Shown: positions 32,043 through 43,721 of the stretch, in pieces | How the letters are laid out: every line of letters begins with the position of its first letter | Numbering within the stretch: the first letter of the stretch is position 1 | Source: an uncultured Acidobacteriota bacterium | GTDB lineage: Bacteria > Acidobacteriota > Thermoanaerobaculia > UBA5066 > Gp7-AA6 | Direction of reading: 5' to 3' | NCBI GenBank assembly: GCA_963724465.1 | Contig: CAVRUT010000013.1 | Span: forward strand, 64,958 to 128,957 | DNA: 64,000 nt | Translations under genes and position numbers: made by a program | The notes under the pieces: model-generated | What the model was told of the DNA's origin: nothing | Seen by the model: the letters and a program-made list of their open reading frames with translations, nothing else | Databases searched by the model: none

Positions 32043-34866
32043 ATGGGAAAGATCCGAGTCGAAGAGCTCGCACAGCAGATGGGCCTTCCGAGCAAGGAAG
32101 TTCTCTTCCTGCTGCAGTCGATCGGCGTCGACGTGAAGTCGCCGCAGGCCGCGCTCGATGAGTCCACGGTCCTCGCCATCCTGCAGGGGCGCACGCACGC
32201 GCCCAAACAGCTGATCGTCCGGGACACCGAGGCGCGCGCGGCCCGGCCGCAGAAGAGCGCGTTGAACCGCATCAAGATCATCGACCGCCCGGCGCCGGCC
32301 ACGGCAGCCGAGGCGCCCGAAGGCCACGAAGCGGCGGCCCCGCCGCCCGAGCCGGAGCTCCCGCCGGCCGCCCGCAGAGCCGCGGCCGCCGCCGAAGCCA
32401 AGGCCGCAAAGGCGCGCCGCCGAACCCGCCCGGACCGCGGTCGTGCCCTCCGAACCGGAAGCCGAGGCGCCACCGCCCAAGCCCGCGCCCCCGGCGCTGC
32501 CTCGAAAAATCGTCCTTCCACCGCGCCCGACGGTGCCGCCGCGACCCGCGCCCGCGTCAGCGGGTGCAGCCCGCGCCGCGGGTCCGGTCAACCGGCCGAT
32601 GGGACCGGCCGCCGGCCGGCCCATGGGGCCTGCCGCAGGACGTCCGATGGGACCCGCCGCGGGCCGCCCGATGGGCCGCCCGGCCGGACCCTCGGTCTAT
32701 CGCCCCACCCCCGGCGGTCCGGGAGCGCGCCCGATGGGCGGACCCCCGCGCCCCGGGGCGCCCGTCGGCCGCACGGCCCCCGCCGGCCCGGAGCGCGGCG
32801 CGCCCAAGCGCAAGAAGGACGACAAGGAAGAGCAGAAGAAGGCCGCCGCCGGGAAGCGCGGCGCGCGCCCGAAGATCACGGTCGCCGACGAGGTGGACCT
32901 GCGCGAGTTCGTCGGGACGTACCAGGAGGACACCTACTCGGACATCTCGCTGCCGCTCATCGAGAAGACCGGCGAGGAGGGCGAGGCCGTGGCCGAAGCG
33001 CGCCCGGCCTCCAAGTCGGCCATCCGGCGCGCCGCCAAAGAGACCCGTACGCACGATTCGGGGAAGCTCCTCGAGTTCCGCAAGCCCGCGCCCACGGGCC
33101 CCGTGTTCTTCACCGAGGGCGTCACCGTCAAAGAGCTCTCCGAGAAGCTCGGCGTGCTCGCCCGCGACATCCAGCGCCTGCTCATGCAGCGCGGCGTGCT
33201 CGCGACGGTCAACCAGGCCCTCGACGCTTCCACCGCCGTGCAGATCGCCAAGGAAATCGGAGTCGAAGCCGCGGTCGTCTCCTTCGAAGAGGAGCTCGAC
33301 CTCTCCCGCTCAGCCCGCGAGTCCACCGAGGGCGCAATCGCCACGGAGCGCGTGCCGCGCGCGCCCGTCGTGACCGTCATGGGCCACGTCGACCACGGCA
33401 AGACGTCCTTACTCGACGCCATCCGGCAGACCGACGTCGCGGCCGGCGAGGCCGGAGGCATCACGCAGCACATCGGCGCCTACCGGGTCCAGATTCACGG
33501 CAAGCCGATCGTCTTTCTCGACACGCCCGGCCACGAGGCCTTCACGTCCATGCGCGCGCGCGGCGCCAAGGCCACCGACATCGTCGTCCTGGTCGTCGCG
33601 GCCGACGACTCCGTCATGCCGCAGACGATCGAGGCGATCGCGCACGCGAAGGCCGCGAAGGTGCCGATCGTGGTGGCGATCAACAAGATCGACAAGCCCA
33701 ATGCCAACGTGGACCGGGTCAAGAAGGAGCTCGCCGACCACGGCGTGCTGCTCGAGGCCTGGGGCGGCGAGACTCCGGCGGCCGAGGTCTCGGCGCTGAA
33801 GAAGCAGGGCATCGACCACCTGCTCGAGCTCATCCTGCTCGTGGCCGACATGCAGGAGCTGACGGCCCCGGCGGCCGAGGAGGCGCGGGGCGTCGTCCTC
33901 GAGGCGCGGCGCGAGGCCGGCCGCGGCAACATGGCGACGGTCCTGGTACAGGCCGGCACGCTCAAGGTCGGCGACGTCTTCTTCGCGGGCTCGGTTTTCG
34001 GCCGCGTGCGCTCGATGCACGACGACCGCGGCGAGAAGGTCAACGCGGCCGGCCCCGCGACACCGGTCGAGGTGACCGGTTTCGAGGACCTGCCCCAGGC
34101 GGGGGACACGTTCCAGGTGGTCGAGGACGAAACCAAGGCCCGGTCGGTCGTCTCGTTCCGCCAGCAGAAGGAGCGGGAGAAGGCGATGGCCGGCAGCTCC
34201 CGCCTCTCGCTCGAGCAGCTGTTCAGCAAGATCCAGGAAGGCAAGGTCAAGGACCTGCCCATCATCCTGAAGGCGGACGTCTCGGGCTCGATGGAAGTGC
34301 TGTCGCAGGCGCTCAAGGGGCTTTCGAACGACAAGGTGAAGATTTCTCTACTGCACGCGGGAGTCGGCGCCATCACCATCAACGACGTCCTGCTCGCGTC
34401 CGCCTCCGGCGCGGTGATCGTGGGCTTCAACGTCCGGCCCGAGAAGAAGGCGGCCGACGAGGCCGAGAAGGCCGGCGTCGAGATCCGCCTCCACACGGTC
34501 ATCTACAACGTCACCGACGAGATCAAGAAAGCCATGGAAGGGCTGCTCGAGCCCACCCTGAAGGAGGTCGCGCGGGGGCGCGCCGAGGTGCGCAACACGT
34601 TCAAGGTGCCGAAGTTCGGCGTCGTCGCCGGCTGCTACGTCACCGAGGGCACGATCCCGCGCAGCGCCCAGGTTCGCCTTCTGCGAGACAACCGGGTGAT
34701 CTACGAGGGCAAGGTCGGGTCGCTGCGCCGCTTCAAGGACGACGTCTCGGAGGTCAAACAGGGCTTCGAATGCGGCATCGGCCTCGACCGGTACCAGGAC
34801 CTGAAGGTGGGCGACATCATCGAGGCGTTCCAGGTCGAGAAGGTCGCCGGGGTGATGGGTTCGTGA
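32043..34866 (+). CDS. infB: translation initiation factor IF-2; N-terminal domain is in a different frame from the rest
   Basis: IF2_N domain [29 protein letters not shown] is in frame 32043. The Pro/Ala-rich linker, second IF2_N, G domain ([26 protein letters not shown]) and C-terminal domains are in frame 32443..34866. The shift lies somewhere in 32300..32445. Confidence 0.9.
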
Positions 34867-34952
34867 GCCGTTAGCCGGGAGCCGTTAGCCGACAGAGGTC
34901 CTGCCCCGGCTCACGACTCACGGTTCACGGCTCACGGTTCACGGCTTACGTC
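34863..34952 (+). repeat. two-armed heptad repeat element spanning infB stop to DUF503 start
   Basis: Left arm GTGAGCC GTTAGCC GGGAGCC GTTAGCC GACAGAG. Right arm TCACGAC TCACGGT TCACGGC TCACGGT TCACGGC TTACGTC. The infB TGA is inside the first heptad; ATG at 34955. Confidence 0.9.
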
Positions 34953-34954
34953 CC

Positions 34955-35242
34955 ATGGTGATCGCCTACGCCGTTTTCGACCTCCACCTGCCCGGATGCC
35001 GGGGCCTGAAGGAGAAGCGGATGATCGTCAAGAGCCTGAAGACGCGCATCCGGAACGAATTCCAGGTCTCGGCCGCGGAAGTCGCGAACCAGGACCTGCT
35101 GCAGCGCGCGGCGCTCGGCGTGGCCGCCGTCGGGAGCGACCAGCCGACGCTCGACGCGGTCCTGCAGCACGTCCTTCAGTTCGTCGAGGAAAACCTCGAC
35201 GGGGAGATCCTCGAGTATCGCAATGAGTTCATCCATGTGTAG
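34955..35242 (+). CDS. DUF503 (YlxP-like) protein
   Basis: 95 aa, VFDLHLPGCRGLKEKRMIVKSLKTRIRNEF. Conserved position between infB and rbfA. Confidence 0.8.
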   Translation: MVIAYAVFDLHLPGCRGLKEKRMIVKSLKTRIRNEFQVSAAEVANQDLLQRAALGVAAVGSDQPTLDAVLQHVLQFVEENLDGEILEYRNEFIHV

Positions 35243-35338
35243 GCCGGAAGCCGTAAGCCGAAAGCCGAAAGCCGAAAGCCCGAGCCACACCCGCTCCGGC
35301 GAGCCTCGGCTCACGACTCACGGCTCACGGCTCACGGC
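35239..35338 (+). repeat. two-armed heptad repeat element spanning DUF503 stop to rbfA start
   Basis: Left arm GTAGGCC GGAAGCC GTAAGCC GAAAGCC GAAAGCC GAAAGCC. Right arm TCACGAC TCACGGC TCACGGC TCACGGC, directly abutting the rbfA ATG 35339. Confidence 0.9.
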
Positions 35339-35719
35339 ATGAAGAAAGACTCTCGCCGCAGCCAGCGCGTGGCCGACGTCGTCCGGGCAGAACTGTCGCG
35401 GCTCGTTCTGCTCGAGACGCACGACCCGGACCTGCGCGGCGTCACGGTCACCGACGTGGAAATGCCGCCCGACTTGAGGTCGGCGCGCGTGTACTTCTCC
35501 TGCCTCGGCGGCGACGACGAGCGCGAGAAGGCGGGAGCCGCGCTGCGCCGTGCCGCGGGCTACCTGCGCCGGGAGGTCGGGCAGCGCTGCCAGCTCCGCT
35601 ATGCGCCGGAGCTGCACTTCCTCTCCGATCGGTCCCTCGAGCGCGGCGCGCGGATCGAGGAGCTTCTCCATCAGGTGCTGCCGCCCGCGGCCGAGCGCGA
35701 CGACGAGGAGCCCGAATGA
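35339..35719 (+). CDS. rbfA: ribosome-binding factor A
   Basis: 126 aa, SQRVADVVRAELSRLVL...DPDLRGVTVTDVEMPPDLRSARVYFS...LRYAPELHF. Confidence 0.9.
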   Translation: MKKDSRRSQRVADVVRAELSRLVLLETHDPDLRGVTVTDVEMPPDLRSARVYFSCLGGDDEREKAGAALRRAAGYLRREVGQRCQLRYAPELHFLSDRSLERGARIEELLHQVLPPAAERDDEEPE

Positions 35720-36642
35720 CGGCGCCCGACGCGTTGAAGCGCGGCTACCTCCTGCTTCTCGACAAGCCCGAGGGCCTGACCTCGCACGACGTCGTGGAGC
35801 GCGTCCGCAAGGCGACGGGCCTTCCGCGCATCGGCCACAGCGGGACACTCGACCCGATGGCGACCGGGTTGCTCCTGCTCTGCGCGGGGGGTGCCGCCCG
35901 CCTCCAGGGCTTCTTCACGCTCATGGACAAGTCCTACGAGGGCGTCATCCGGCTCGGCCGCGCGACGACCACGTACGACCGGGAAGGCGAGGCCGTCGGC
36001 CCCGACCGGGACGCGACGGGCGTGACTACCGCGAGGATCGCCGAGGCGGCCGAGGCCTTCCGAGGGGAGTTCCTGCAGGCGCCGCCGCCCTACTCCGCCA
36101 AGAAGGTGGGGGGCCGCAAGTTCTACGAGATGGCGCGAAAGGGCGAGGCCGTTCCGTCGCTGCCGAAGAAGGTCCGCGTCACGAGCCTGACTTTCGGCGA
36201 GCCCTCGGAGGGCCGGCTGCCCTTTGCGATCGCCTGCTCCTCGGGCACCTACATCCGCTCGATCGCCAGCGAGCTCGGCGAAAAGCTCGCCTGCGGCGCC
36301 CACCTCGATTCGTTGCGGCGCACGCGGATTGGATCCTTCAAAGTCGAGGACGCCGTGACCCTCCAGCGGTTCGAGTCTCTGTCGCCGGCCGAGCGCCTGG
36401 CGGCGCCGCACGCCCTGCCCCTGTCGCGCGTGCCCTTCCCCTTCCCGAGGGTCCAGCTCGCTTCGCTGGAGGCCTGGAAGATCCGGCGCGGCCAGGCGGT
36501 CCCGGCCCGCGGCGTCAATGCCCGGCAGGGCGACTGGGTTACCCTCGTCGGGCCCTCCGACGACATGCTGGCCCTCGGCCAGGTCAACCCGATCGGGGAC
36601 CGCGGAGTGGCCATGATCAAGCCGAGGATCGTGCTGGCCTGA
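35716..36642 (+). CDS. truB: tRNA pseudouridine(55) synthase
   Basis: LLLDKPEGLTSHDVV...GHSGTLDPMATGLLLL (catalytic Asp motif). ATGA overlap with rbfA. Confidence 0.9.
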   Translation: MTAPDALKRGYLLLLDKPEGLTSHDVVERVRKATGLPRIGHSGTLDPMATGLLLLCAGGAARLQGFFTLMDKSYEGVIRLGRATTTYDREGEAVGPDRDATGVTTARIAEAAEAFRGEFLQAPPPYSAKKVGGRKFYEMARKGEAVPSLPKKVRVTSLTFGEPSEGRLPFAIACSSGTYIRSIASELGEKLACGAHLDSLRRTRIGSFKVEDAVTLQRFESLSPAERLAAPHALPLSRVPFPFPRVQLASLEAWKIRRGQAVPARGVNARQGDWVTLVGPSDDMLALGQVNPIGDRGVAMIKPRIVLA

Positions 36643-36742
36643 TTCGCTTCCGCCTCCCGGCGGCTGGCATCCCGCCCCCGGGCTATGGTAGGCTTCGCGG
36701 CTTATTAAAAAGAGTGAGTGTTTTGAGTAGCTTGGAGGCAAG

Positions 36743-37018
36743 GTGAACGTCACCGAATACGAGTCCGGCAAGACGGATATCGTCAAGCAGTACCGGACGC
36801 ACGACACCGACACGGGATCTCCGGAGGTCCAGGTCGCGCTCTTGACCAACCGCATCGCGTACCTGACCGAGCACTTCCAGTCGAACGCGAAGGACCACCA
36901 TTCTCGCCGCGGCCTGCTGCAGATGGTCGGGCGCCGTCGCCGGCTCCTCGAGTATCTCCGGAACGAAGACGCCGATCGCTATCACAAGCTGATCGAGCGC
37001 CTCGGTCTGCGCAAGTAG
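36743..37018 (+). CDS. rpsO: 30S ribosomal protein S15
   Basis: [50 protein letters not shown], unmistakable S15. GTG start after GGAGG. Confidence 0.9.
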   Translation: MNVTEYESGKTDIVKQYRTHDTDTGSPEVQVALLTNRIAYLTEHFQSNAKDHHSRRGLLQMVGRRRRLLEYLRNEDADRYHKLIERLGLRK

Positions 37019-37040
37019 TCCGTCCGGCGCCGGACTCCCC

Positions 37041-37066
37041 CGCCGCGGCCCCGCCGCGGGCTTTCG
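37041..37066 (+). terminator. GC-rich stem-loop after rpsO / in pnp leader
   Basis: CCGCGG-CCCCG-CCGCGG followed by GCUUUCG. A second palindrome GTCCGGCGCCGGAC lies at 37022..37035. The U-tract is weak. Confidence 0.35.
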
Positions 37067-37124
37067 CCGACCTTCCCCCACGGACGGTCGTCCTCCGACG
37101 CCATTCACAAGAAGGGTGAAGACC

Positions 37125-39353
<2,229 letters not shown>

Positions 39354-39381
39354 ATTTCGGAGGTCGGATTTCGGATTTGAA
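39354..39381 (+). repeat. single-arm heptad array immediately after pnp stop
   Basis: TAG then ATTTCGG AGGTCGG ATTTCGG ATTTGAA, followed by the small hairpin GCGGC-AGAGGC-GCCGC and ACTTTTCATTT. Confidence 0.8.
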
Positions 39382-39404
39382 GCGCGGCAGAGGCGCCGCA
39401 CTTT

Positions 39405-39833
39405 TCATTTGAGCTGGACTTCGACGCGGATCCACCAGGGCGATTTCGGCGGGGAGGGGTATTTCGCCCCTCGAAACTCGGGCTCGGCGCAGCGGCCGAC
39501 GTCTGTCACGGGGTCGAAAACGACCTCCTCGGCCCGACCCGAGTCGCCGACGCGAACGAGGGCGTCGAACGAGACCGCCTGGTCCTGCTTGATTCCCTTG
39601 ACGCAACGCTCGAGGACCTTTCGCAGCCACCCGTCGAGGCTCGAGTTGAGCGCCGATTCGTAGCGCCGGCCGGCCGGGGTCTTCGCGTTCGCGTCGGCCT
39701 CCGCGCGCGCCACGGTCGGGCTCGTCTTTCTCTCCTCCTCGGCGGGGAGCGCCGCGGCGAAGGCGCCGAGCAGGACGACGGCCGCCAACCACGGCTTCAC
39801 GCGCGGGACGATACCATCCGGCGGGCGGATCAA
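39405..39833 (-). CDS. hypothetical exported protein
   Basis: 142-aa ORF. GTG 39800 would give the signal peptide VKPWLAAVVLLGAFAAALPA. No family recognised. Confidence 0.5.
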   Translation of the reverse strand: MIRPPDGIVPRVKPWLAAVVLLGAFAAALPAEEERKTSPTVARAEADANAKTPAGRRYESALNSSLDGWLRKVLERCVKGIKQDQAVSFDALVRVGDSGRAEEVVFDPVTDVGRCAEPEFRGAKYPSPPKSPWWIRVEVQLK

Positions 39834-40199
39834 TACGGCATGTCGTCGTCCTCGAGGCCGAGCATGTGGCCGACCTCATGGACGACGGTGTCCCGGATCT
39901 CGCGGACGGCCTCGCCCCGGGTCTCGCAGCAACGCAGGATGGGTCCGCGGAAGATCGCGATCTGCGCCGGAAGGCTCGTGACCATGGTCTCCCGGTCGAA
40001 GAACGGGACGCCCCGGAAGATCCCGAAGAGCTCCTCTTCGTCGGGCGTGTCGGACTCCTCGTAGTCCTCCCGCGACGGCTCCTCCTCGACGACCACGACC
40101 ACGTTCTCCAGGTACCTCCGGAACGGGCGACGGCACCGAAGCGAGCGCCTCCTCGACGCAGGATTCGAATTCGGCCGGGGAGATGCGGCGGGCGCTCAC
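39830..40199 (-). CDS. small zincin-like metallopeptidase family protein (HEVGH); 1 frame break near ~40125
   Basis: VSARRISPAEFESCVEEALASVPSP (frame of 39876..40628) continues as FRRYLENVVVVVEEEP...IRDTVVHEVGHMLGLEDDDM in 39830..40102. GTGA overlap with the tatD stop. Confidence 0.65.
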
Positions 40200-40957
40200 C
40201 GCGAGCCGAAGAGACGCTCGAAGTTCGCCGTCGTCGCTGCGGCCACGGTCGCGAGGTCGGACCCCTTCACCTCGGCGAGCCTCTTCGCCGTCTCGAGCAC
40301 GTAGGCCGGTTCGCACGGCTTGCCGCGGTGGGGAACCGGCGAAAGAAACGGCGTGTCCGTCTCGACGAGCATGGCCTCGAGGGGTAGCCCCAGGGCGGCC
40401 GCCCGGATGTTCTCGGCGGCGCGGAACGTGATCATGCCCGAAAAGGACACCAGGTAGCCGAGGTCGAGGGCCTTCTTTCCGTAGGCCGCGTCCTCCGTAA
40501 ACGAGTGAAAGACCCCGGCTCGGTCGCGCGCCCCGCGCCGGGCGAGGAGGGAGAGCATCTCGGCGCCGCTCTCCCGATTGTGGAGGAGCACCGGGAGACC
40601 GAGCCGGCCTGCACAGTCGAGCATCCACTCGAGGACCTCGATTTGCTTTTCCCGTGGCGAATGGTCGTAGTGGAAATCGAGCCCGACTTCCCCGATCGCG
40701 ACGACTTTCGGCGAGCGCGCGAGCGCCTCGAAGGCTTCGGCGTCGCGCGCCGGGTCGAAGTCCTTCGCCTCGTGGGGATGGACGCCGACGGCCGCGACGA
40801 CGCCCTCCCGCCCGGCGGCGAGATCGGCCGCCGCGGCCGAGTCCTCGAGCGTCGTCCCTGGAACGAGAAAGCGCACGACGCCGGCCGCCCGCCCGCGCTC
40901 GATCAGAAGGTCGGCGCCCGCCCCCATCTGCAGGTGGCAGTGGGAATCGGCGAGCAA
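40196..40957 (-). CDS. tatD: TatD family metal-dependent hydrolase
   Basis: LADSHCHL...AIGEVGLDFHY...LPVLLHNRES...FHSF...VETDTPFL. TTG start 40957 lies 2 nt after the metG stop. Confidence 0.85.
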   Translation of the reverse strand: MLADSHCHLQMGAGADLLIERGRAAGVVRFLVPGTTLEDSAAAADLAAGREGVVAAVGVHPHEAKDFDPARDAEAFEALARSPKVVAIGEVGLDFHYDHSPREKQIEVLEWMLDCAGRLGLPVLLHNRESGAEMLSLLARRGARDRAGVFHSFTEDAAYGKKALDLGYLVSFSGMITFRAAENIRAAALGLPLEAMLVETDTPFLSPVPHRGKPCEPAYVLETAKRLAEVKGSDLATVAAATTANFERLFGSR

Positions 40958-40958
40958 G

Positions 40959-42902
40959 CTACTTGACCTTGCTGCCCGGCGGCACGTCCGCCGGAACGTC
41001 CAGGAGCACGGGCACCCCGGCCTCGCCGACGGAAGCCGCAAGGACCATGCCGTTGGACTCGACGCCCATGAGCTTGGCGGGCTTCAGGTTCGCGACGACC
41101 ACGACGTTGCGACCGACGAGAGCCTCGGGCTCGTACTGCGCCGCGATGCCGGCCACGATCTGGCGCCGCTCGTCGCCCAGGTCTACCTCGAGGCGCATCA
41201 GCCTGTTCGACTTCGGCACGCGCTCGGCAGTCACGATCTTCGCCGTGCGCAGCCGCACCTTCTGAAAGTCCTCGATCGCGATCCGGTCGTCGGCGGGCGC
41301 GGCCGGCGCCGCAGGGGGCGTCGTGGGGCTCGTGGGTTCCGTCATGGTGGCATCCTTCTCCTTGAAGTAGGCGGCGGCGTCCACGCGCGGAAAGAGCGCG
41401 GGCGCTTCCGGCATCCGGGTCGAGACGGGCAGCCTTCCCCACGCGAGGTCCGCAGGGGTCGGGTCTTCGGCAGGCAGACCGAAGGTCTCGAAGATTTTGC
41501 GGCTCGTGACCGGGACGAAGGGCGAGAGCATCACCGCCGAGAGTCGCACGCCCTCGGCGGCCGCGGAAAGGACGCGGTGGAGCCGCGGCGACCGCGCGCC
41601 CTCGTCCTTGCGGATCTTCCACGGCTCGCGGGACACGACGTAGCCGTTGACGGCGGTCAGGAGCCTCCACACGGCCTCGAGCGCGCGGTTGAACTGGCAC
41701 TCGCGCATCGCAGCGCGCCACTCGGCCTCCGCCTCTGCGAACGCCCCGATCACTTCGCTGTCCGCGCCGACCTCGTTCGGCGTGCCGTCGAAAGACTGCC
41801 GGCACAGCGCGGCAACGCGCGAGACGGTGTTGCCGAGATCGTTGGCGAGATCGGCATTGAAGCGCGTCAGAAACGCCTCGTCCGAGAAGCTCGCGTCCTG
41901 GCCGAAAGCCATCTCTCGCATCAGGAAGTACCGGAGCGCGTCCGGGCCGAAATCGGCGACGAGCTGATCTGGCCGCACGATGTTGCCCACGGACTTGGAA
42001 ACCTTCTTCGCGTCGCGCAGCCACCAGCCGTGCGCCCAGACCGTCGTCGGCAGCGGCAGGCCGGCCGAGAGCAGGAAGGCGGGCCAGTACACCGCGTGGA
42101 AGCGCAGGATGTCCTTGCCGATGAAGTGCACGCGCTCGGCTCCGGGGTGGTCCCAGAACTCGCGGTACCGCGCGTCGTCCTCGGCGCCGAAGCCGAGCGC
42201 CGTGATGTAGTTGGCCAGCGCGTCGAGCCAGACGTACACGACGTGGCCCGGATGCCCCGGAAACGGGATGCCCCACTGCACCTTGGACCGCGAGACCGAG
42301 AGGTCGTTCAATCCGCCCCGGACGAACGAGACGACTTCGGCCAGGCGGCTCTCGGGCCGGACGAATTCGGGGTGGCTCTCGTAATGGGCGAGCAGCGGCC
42401 CCGCGTACTTCGAGAGCCGGAAGAAGACGTTGTCCTCGGATTCCCAGACGGTCGCCCGGCCGTGGACCGGGCACCGCCTCTCGGCATCGAGCTCCTTCTC
42501 GGTGTAGAAGGCCTCGCAGCTCGAGCAGTACCAGCCCTCGTGCTTCGCCGTGTAGAAGTCGCCGGCGGCCGCGATCCGGGCGATCAGGGCCTCGACGCCG
42601 CGGCGGTGGCGCGGCTCGGTCGTGCGGATGAAGTCGTCGTTCCGGATCTCGAAGGTGCGATACAGCTGGTGATAGCGCTCGACGACCCGGTTGGCGAGCT
42701 CGAGCGGCTCGATCCCCTGCGCGGCGGCGGCCTTTTCGATGTTCTGGCCGTGCTCGTCGGTGCCCGTCAGGAAACGCGTCGTCTCGCCCGACAGCCTCCG
42801 AAAGCGGGTGACGACGTCGGTGACGACGGTCGTGTAGATGTGCCCGATGTGGGGCAGGTCGTTGACGTAGTAGATCGGCGTCGTCGCGTAGAACGTCTTC
42901 AT
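40959..42902 (-). CDS. metG: methionine--tRNA ligase with C-terminal Trbp111/EMAP-like tRNA-binding domain
   Basis: MKTFYATTPIYYVNDLPHIGH (HIGH), KVSKSVGN (KMSKS), zinc knuckle CSSCEAF...CPVHG, C-terminal FQKVRLRTAKIV...VVVVANLKPAKLMGVESNGMVLAA. The track ORF is over-extended to 43844. Confidence 0.95.
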   Translation of the reverse strand: MKTFYATTPIYYVNDLPHIGHIYTTVVTDVVTRFRRLSGETTRFLTGTDEHGQNIEKAAAAQGIEPLELANRVVERYHQLYRTFEIRNDDFIRTTEPRHRRGVEALIARIAAAGDFYTAKHEGWYCSSCEAFYTEKELDAERRCPVHGRATVWESEDNVFFRLSKYAGPLLAHYESHPEFVRPESRLAEVVSFVRGGLNDLSVSRSKVQWGIPFPGHPGHVVYVWLDALANYITALGFGAEDDARYREFWDHPGAERVHFIGKDILRFHAVYWPAFLLSAGLPLPTTVWAHGWWLRDAKKVSKSVGNIVRPDQLVADFGPDALRYFLMREMAFGQDASFSDEAFLTRFNADLANDLGNTVSRVAALCRQSFDGTPNEVGADSEVIGAFAEAEAEWRAAMRECQFNRALEAVWRLLTAVNGYVVSREPWKIRKDEGARSPRLHRVLSAAAEGVRLSAVMLSPFVPVTSRKIFETFGLPAEDPTPADLAWGRLPVSTRMPEAPALFPRVDAAAYFKEKDATMTEPTSPTTPPAAPAAPADDRIAIEDFQKVRLRTAKIVTAERVPKSNRLMRLEVDLGDERRQIVAGIAAQYEPEALVGRNVVVVANLKPAKLMGVESNGMVLAASVGEAGVPVLLDVPADVPPGSKVK

Positions 42903-42955
42903 GCGGAACGCGAAAGATATCTCAGGCATCCGGAACGGGGAACCCGGGGACCGCC

Positions 42956-43660
42956 TCACAGCAGACCCGCCTCCCGGAACGACACGCAGCCCTCCCGGCC
43001 CACGACGATGTGGTCGAGCAGGCGCACTCCCACCGATTCCGACGCCGCCGCCAGCCGGCGCGTGAACTCGCGGTCCTCGCGCGAGGGCGTCGGGTCCGCC
43101 GAGGGGTGGTTGTGGTACAGGATGACGGCCGCCGCCCGTCCGACGAGGGCCCGCCGCAGGATCTCGCGTGGCTCGACGACCGCGCGGTCGAGCGTGCCGC
43201 GGTAGATGTCGGGATCGTTCTTCAGGAGCCGGTTTCGAGCGTTGAGAAAGAGGGCCCCCGTTCGCTCCTGCGTGTCGTCGGCCTGGGCCCGGCGCAGGAA
43301 CTCCTTGACGAGGCGCGGCTCGTTCAAGAGGTCGCGGCCCGCGAGCGTCTCGGCAGGCAGTCGCCGCGCGATCTCGAGGGCGGCCGCGATCGCGGCGGCC
43401 CGCGTCGGGCCGATGCCCCGCTCCGTCGAGAGCTCCGGCGCCGTGACGCCGGCCAGGCCGATGAGGCCCCCGCGCGTCGCCAGAAGGCTCCGGGCGCGGT
43501 CGAGCGCGCTCTCTCCCGGGATCCCCGTGCGCAGCAGGAGCGCCAGGAGCTCCTCGTTCGACAGCGAGCCCGGCCCCAGGCGCAGGAGCCGTTCCCGTGG
43601 CCGCTCGTCCGAAGGCAGGTCGCAGATACGGAAGGCGCGTCGCGTCGCGAGTTCGGTCAT
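42956..43660 (-). CDS. radC: RadC-like JAB/MPN domain protein
   Basis: PRERLLRLGPGSLSNEELLALLLRTG...VILYHNHPSADPTPSREDREFTRRL (JAMM motif). ATG 43660. Confidence 0.85.
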   Translation of the reverse strand: MTELATRRAFRICDLPSDERPRERLLRLGPGSLSNEELLALLLRTGIPGESALDRARSLLATRGGLIGLAGVTAPELSTERGIGPTRAAAIAAALEIARRLPAETLAGRDLLNEPRLVKEFLRRAQADDTQERTGALFLNARNRLLKNDPDIYRGTLDRAVVEPREILRRALVGRAAAVILYHNHPSADPTPSREDREFTRRLAAASESVGVRLLDHIVVGREGCVSFREAGLL

Positions 43661-43721
43661 GGTTCGTCGCCGGCGAGAACCGCCCGCGGACCCGGGGGAG
43701 GACCCGGAGATAATCGCACGG

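Noticed and set aside
34863-35338. Heptad arrays as a CRISPR array or mini-CRISPR
   Set aside because: The repeat unit is only 7 nt with no unique spacers between units. The arrays are 28-100 nt long and there are no cas genes in the window.
36643-36742. S15 autoregulatory leader structure and a further heptad array after truB
   Set aside because: TTCGCTT CCGCCTC CCGGCGG CTGGCAT CCCGCCC CCGGGCT shows only partial 7-nt periodicity. I could not define a pseudoknot or three-way junction for S15 binding by hand. It is mentioned under the global repeat finding only as a possible degenerate copy.
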